A stretch of DNA of 64,000 nt from Anthoceros angustus (Eukaryota; Plantae; Anthocerotophyta): NCBI GenBank assembly GCA_010909165.1, contig MU008159.1:868001-932000 (forward strand), given 5' to 3'. Below the pieces are notes generated by a model that saw nothing but the letters and a program-made list of their open reading frames with translations, was not told the DNA's origin and did not search any database. A program made the translations under genes and the position numbers. The number at the start of each line of letters is the position of its first letter. Position 1 is the stretch's first letter. Shown one piece after another: positions 59,161-64,000 of this stretch.

Positions 59161-60849
59161 GCCCACCAGTTCAAATAAGAACGATGTCTTATACATGGAT
59201 GGAATTCGGAAGGTATAAGTTCCTTCCTCTCCCAACCTAGCGGCTCTTGGAGATGCGTTAGTGAATAGCTTACCACATCGAGCAGGGTGAAGAAAATTCA
59301 GTCCCCACATTGTCTTCACATTGTTGGCGCTAAGCGTGTTAGAAAGCGCCAGTTCCTACCTCTTTAACAAGGTCACGAGCAGCTAAGTAAGTGTCACATA
59401 ACGGCCCGACCAGCAATGCACGCCATAACTCTGGACCGGCTCACCGCAAGGTATTCCCACCTCCATTGAGTTTGGGCATCGCGAGGCGTTTCAACCGCCA
59501 ATTTTTGACCACATCTGGGAACTTTACAAGCTGTTAGATTTGAAACAAAGAGTCCATGAAAAATCATGAGACACGAGGATGGGCGGTGATCAGCGGAAAC
59601 CATATTGAACCATACAGGCCAACCAGTGGTGAGTAGAAAAACTCCTACAGAAGCCGGTGAAGGGTACATCAAGGTCAAATCCGAAATGTTGTGCCCACCA
59701 AGATATCCGCATCTAGCGGTGCAACTTGATCATTAAGTTGTTTAATAAAGCTCGTTCACTGATAGCAAAATGAGAATTAGATGGACTTCCAAGTTTTGCT
59801 ATAGCAGAGGAATTCTTCATTCACTTCCATTGGCACCATAGCAGGAACGATAGCTGTATACCTTCCTTCGCATCTTAGGACATTTGAGCCGGCTTTGGCA
59901 TTGATGGAAGTCACCTTTGATGTAAAGCCCAAAGGGAAAATGCCTCCATCAAGCTTTCGCACCACGTTGAAGTGATTAAGCAGCTTGTGGGTGTTCCAAT
60001 GGCTTGATACCATCGGCACATCCACCTTCGAAGTCCAAATGCTCTACCAAGCAGTTCCGTGCTTGGTAGAGCATTTATATCTCTCTCATTTTTCTTCGGC
60101 CTTCAGTGAGAATTCGTCACCTGACTAACTCAAACCTGTACTTGGCGACAATAAACAATTGATACTGCTGCAACCTCATCATCCCTGCTCTCCCGAATTC
60201 ATCGGCTTCCTTGCAACCATGGACGGATCAGCAGGCACTCTCACTGGCGGACCTTTGCGGCCCCGCTCCTTGGTGGCCAATTCGGGCTTACCACGTGCAC
60301 ACTGCGCCGGTGAGCATCAATCTGTGACACGGCCAATCTGAGCCTTCCATCCATGAGCCACAGCGAAGGCAATTCGAGCACAAGGGCACCTAATCTCCGC
60401 CGCTTCTCCTTCTCCCGGTCCACAGTGTTGACTCCGATTTCGCAAGCACATCCTCCAGCACATTCTGAATTGGCTGCCCTCAGAATCCGCTCAAGGTAGA
60501 TCCGAGCTTAGGTCGGTGCTTGCCGCAAGCACGAACTCCCAGTGTAGACAAGTTTGCGAAGAAAGGATCCTCGAAATACAGGATGCTTGGTGGAAGATGT
60601 CTGTGATCGGCGTGGCAGCGGGGGGCGGGGAGAATGTGTTTTTCAAAGTGATTAATATCTAAAACTACGTTGGCTGTTAAGCAACAATTATTGTTCTAGT
60701 GGCTAGCCTACTTACGTAGGACTGGGCGGTTATGTGTTCAAACCTCCTACCCGGCGGTTATGTGTTCAAACCTCCTACCCGCTGTAATCCATTTTAAATG
60801 TCCTCACCACACTCGGATATGCGAGACCCGTCAGGTCAAACGGGGATGC

Positions 60850-61150
60850 GACTTGACGGAGCCGATCCGTTATGTCTGAACGGAACTGTTAGGATCGGAC
60901 GGAGCCGTTGGGACAGGACAGGCTCCTTATGACAGAACTTGACGGAGCTGTTACCGTTAGGGCTGCACGGAGCCGTTAAGATCGGACGGAGCCGTTGGGA
61001 CGGAAAGGCTCCTTAGGGTCGAATGGGACGGATGGGCTTCTCAGCTCCAAACGAGACAGGATGTGCTCATGATGTGGGGACGGGGCCCGTTGGATTCGGA
61101 CGGCTGCTAAGTTCGACGTTGGAACGGACGGGACCCGTTGGATGCAGATG
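60850..61150. repeat. GACGGAGCCGTT-type subterminal repeats in the CACTA right end
   Basis: Multiple GGATCGGACGGAGCCGTTGGGAC-like units. Confidence 0.7.
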
Positions 61151-61469
61151 AAGCCGCGTTAAGTGTATTTCATTGTTTACTAAATATCTGATTAATTATA
61201 CACTATATTGATTAAATATAAAATTAATCATTAAAATTAAAATTATTTGTTAAGAACTAAAATTACTCGTTAAAATTACCCGGACCTAGTGGTACCTAAA
61301 TCCACACCAAAGCGGTATGGCTCAGAACCTAAGAAACAACGCCTTTTCCAACCGTTGTTTTGGGCGTTGTTTTGAGGGGCAAAATGTAGTAGTGCGGCTA
61401 TGGTCCCAACATGGAGCGGTGAAGGCCAACTTGCTGCCATTCACAACATATGCAAAGTTGAAGAAAAGT

Positions 61470-61640
61470 GACAATATGCATTGATTGCCTTGAGGCTGTG
61501 ACTGGTGCCTTGCGGAAGAGGCTGTGCCTCGATTGGGTAAGTGAGGCATGCTAGGTGACTTATTGGTGGGCAATTGCACAGTGGACATGTATGTCAAATG
61601 TGGGGAAGTTGCGAGGGGTTTTGAGCTTGGCCACAAAAGA
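61470..61640 (+). pseudogene. Degenerate PPR fragment
   Basis: GMLGDLLVGNCTVDMYVKCGEV resembles a PPR S motif (FVANSLVNMYAKCGSL); the surrounding frame is broken. Confidence 0.45.
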
Positions 61641-62239
61641 TGTAGTGACATTGAATGCACATGCATAGATTCTTCGTTACCGGTGAGAGGTGTCCCACTA
61701 GGAGTGTTCCCGGACCATCGCAGGGCTAGTTTTGCATGCCCATGCACAACATGCTTGTCAAAGCAAGTTGTGAGAGCAGTGGAGGAAGGAACTTGGAGGC
61801 GGAGGGGGCACCACCATAGAGGACCGGCTCAAAAGATCATGAGGAGACTTGATGCCATGGATCGGGAGATTAAAAGCGGTAGCTTGAAGAAGAGCAGGCT
61901 GAGCTGAGCGATGCCGCAGTCTAAGTTGAGGTGAGCATCAGGGCCTCAAAGACTTATAAAGCGGCGTGGCGTGAAAATCAGTTCTTGGTTTTCTCTTTGG
62001 GCGATACCTCGAATCATGCAGTCTTGTAAGATGAGTACAAAGCTTGCGTCGCAATTTCTTAGAGGATTATGCTCTTACTTGGTGGAGGACTTCGTTGAGA
62101 GCGTAAGACAAGGCAATCCTTGAGCCACAATCTTCACATGGGGCGGACTTCAAGCGTGCAACTCGTTCCAACCCAGCTAATGCGGAGTTTGGCCTTGAAG
62201 GATGCTTATCGTGCGTCTTCAAAATTTTGTATTGTGACG

Positions 62240-62971
62240 AAAACCGACTTACTCACACTTCTTCAGTTTCACCGGCCTTGCAAGGGAAAAGAGGGGCTGC
62301 TTTGTCCAAACAAAAGAAAAGTGCTAAAATTCTACCTATGACCGGTGCACAGCTCATGTCTTGATGCTCACTCCGATTCGAGAAAATTAAAAGGCTGCCC
62401 TACGGCCTAGAGTGATAAGTCCCGAACACGCACATTACACACATTGCCACAATCTTGGCGCATACACACAATAGGTCTTTGCATTACGGCCTAGAAATTG
62501 ACAACAACAAAATTGCGTGTTATTGTTCCTCCTAGGGACTTCGACAAGCCTTCCACCGCCGCCTTGGTCTTGTGCTCCATAACCGCCTTGCAACCACCTT
62601 GCGTCGGGATAGTGGGCACCACACTCTTGGTGCATCCTCTTGGATTGGAGTGATCATGTGCTTTCTCCCACGGTGTGTGAGAGGAGACTGGCCCAAGCTT
62701 GGCCATTTTGCGGGTTATTTCCGACTTTCTGTTTAAGGGCATTTTAGTAATTATCGGTACCAAGATTAAACTAAGCTAACAAAACCTACTTGCTAAGCCC
62801 TAGCTTCTAAGAGTTAGTTCCTAGCATCGGTTTCACGTCGGTCGTGCGTCTTCATCATTTGTCGGTATGAAAAACCAAGCTTGCTCACACTTCTTCTGGT
62901 TTCACCGGCCTTGCAAGGGAAAAGAGGGCCTGTCCGAGCCAAACAAAAGAAAAGTGCTAAAATTCTACCTA
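62240..62971. repeat. ~100-bp direct repeat pair (62240-62340 and 62871-62971) in the retroelement 3' region
   Basis: CTCACACTTCTT...TTTCACCGGCCTTGCAAGGGAAAAGAGGG...CAAACAAAAGAAAAGTGCTAAAATTCTACCTAT twice. Confidence 0.85.
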
Positions 62972-63329
62972 TACCCCGGTGATGGGCAGGAAACAATCAA
63001 AAAGAAAGAAACAAGGCATACGCAGCGTCTGAAACAAATGCCACATGGAACCAAGAATGAGGCCAGCAAGAATCCTAGAACTCCTGACCGCATTCACAAT
63101 GGAAAGCACAGGTCGTCTAGCAAACAAAAGGTCCACACAATTCCATCACACCAACATCACATGGTGTAAAATCAAGCAGTCATCCACGCATTTCCAGCAC
63201 ACTTTGCACAATACGAGTTGCTCGAGAGCGACTGCGGCGGAGGGTAAGGCAAAACAAATGAAAACCCCATTGCATCATCCGGAAGCATAAGCTCCTCATC
63301 ATCATCCTCCCACAAACAGCACGGGTAGT

Positions 63330-64000
63330 GCGGTGGAATCCAGCTGTTGTTATCAACATGGGGTCCAAATTAGGTAAGTGGCGGGCGCAGTTCTTGGTAT
63401 GGTGCAATAGTCCTACCATCGAGCCTGCAAAATCAGCACTCCATTGGGCTAACTTCTCGCACCCTCGGCACATGTCTGCTGCTAGCGATGTCAAGGTGTC
63501 CACAGTTTGCCTTTGCAAGTATCGAAATCCCCAATGAATTTCTTGACTTGGGCTGAATGACCACTGCTGGTGTCGCGCAGTAAGGAATCCGGTCTTGAGC
63601 TATGTTGAGGTTGGCCATAGCCATTGGCATAACTGCCGAAATATGCCGCTCCCCAATCACTCGAGCCCATGTGGCGGGATCATCAATGCACCACCTCAGC
63701 ATCTTCTTAGCTATTGTACTCGTGGCGGCTCACGACCAAAAGCAAGAAGTAAGGGAGAAGTGTGCCAAGGCGCATGTTTACTCATGCGGTAGCCCATAGC
63801 GATGTAGGCGGCATGAGGTCCCAATCCTCCTTTCCACGCAAGCATAACTTTCTCACTTTTGATGGTGGACCATCCTTTCGCCAGCCATCGGCGAGGATGG
63901 TCCACGCTAGTCCGCTTTGTGATCGATAAGCGCAACATCTAAAAGGTCACGAAATTCCCTCTAAACTCGAGCCACAGTCGGTCGGGCACTCGGCACGGCT
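63330..64000 (-). mobile_element. Ty3/Gypsy integrase C-terminal fragment, degenerate
   Basis: YIAMGYRMSKH..TSPLLLAFGREP, MPMAMANLNIAQ, YLQRQTVDTL..TKNCARHLPNLDP, spread over shifted frames; typical of the Gypsy integrase C-terminus. Confidence 0.75.

Larger units (their letters stand above)
55385..61394. mobile_element. CACTA (En/Spm superfamily) DNA transposon, ~6.0 kb
   Basis: Perfect 13-bp TIRs CACTACTACATTT (55385) / AAATGTAGTAGTG (ending 61394). AAAACAACG/CGTTGTTTT subterminal repeats lie at both ends, with internal tandem arrays. The 3-bp flanks do not match (CCT vs CGG). Confidence 0.8.

Overview
Plant nuclear DNA, most likely a hornwort or another early-diverging land plant. This is an inference from the long intronless PLS-type PPR gene with a 'PGxSWWTD' (WW-type) DYW start and from the compact gene layout. 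Bases ~2.8-44 kb are gene-dense. They hold a FAD-dependent oxidoreductase, APC4, SEC6, squalene synthase, a RINGv-DUF179 protein, an At2g04360-like membrane protein, a UVI4/OSD1-like APC/C inhibitor, SKA3, an At5g35970-like SF1 helicase, a PLS-PPR with a decayed DYW domain, a germin-like protein, an FGGY sugar kinase and peroxisomal 2,4-dienoyl-CoA reductase. A TE/repeat island interrupts this at ~21-26.5 kb. Bases ~44-64 kb are accessory. They contain tandem and inverted copies of a SPOC-like domain gene (including a ~720-bp fold-back), a disrupted Crinkler (CRN)-like header-REase-kinase gene, a 6-kb CACTA element, a PPR relic and a Gypsy integrase relic. Most frameshifts in the GC-rich genes are 1-2 nt deletions in G/C runs and look like assembly errors. 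The most notable items are the CRN-like gene, the intronless APC4-SEC6 pair only 132 bp apart (candidate bicistron), and the SPOC-like inverted duplication. All protein identifications are by-eye motif recognition against recalled sequences; no database searches were run.
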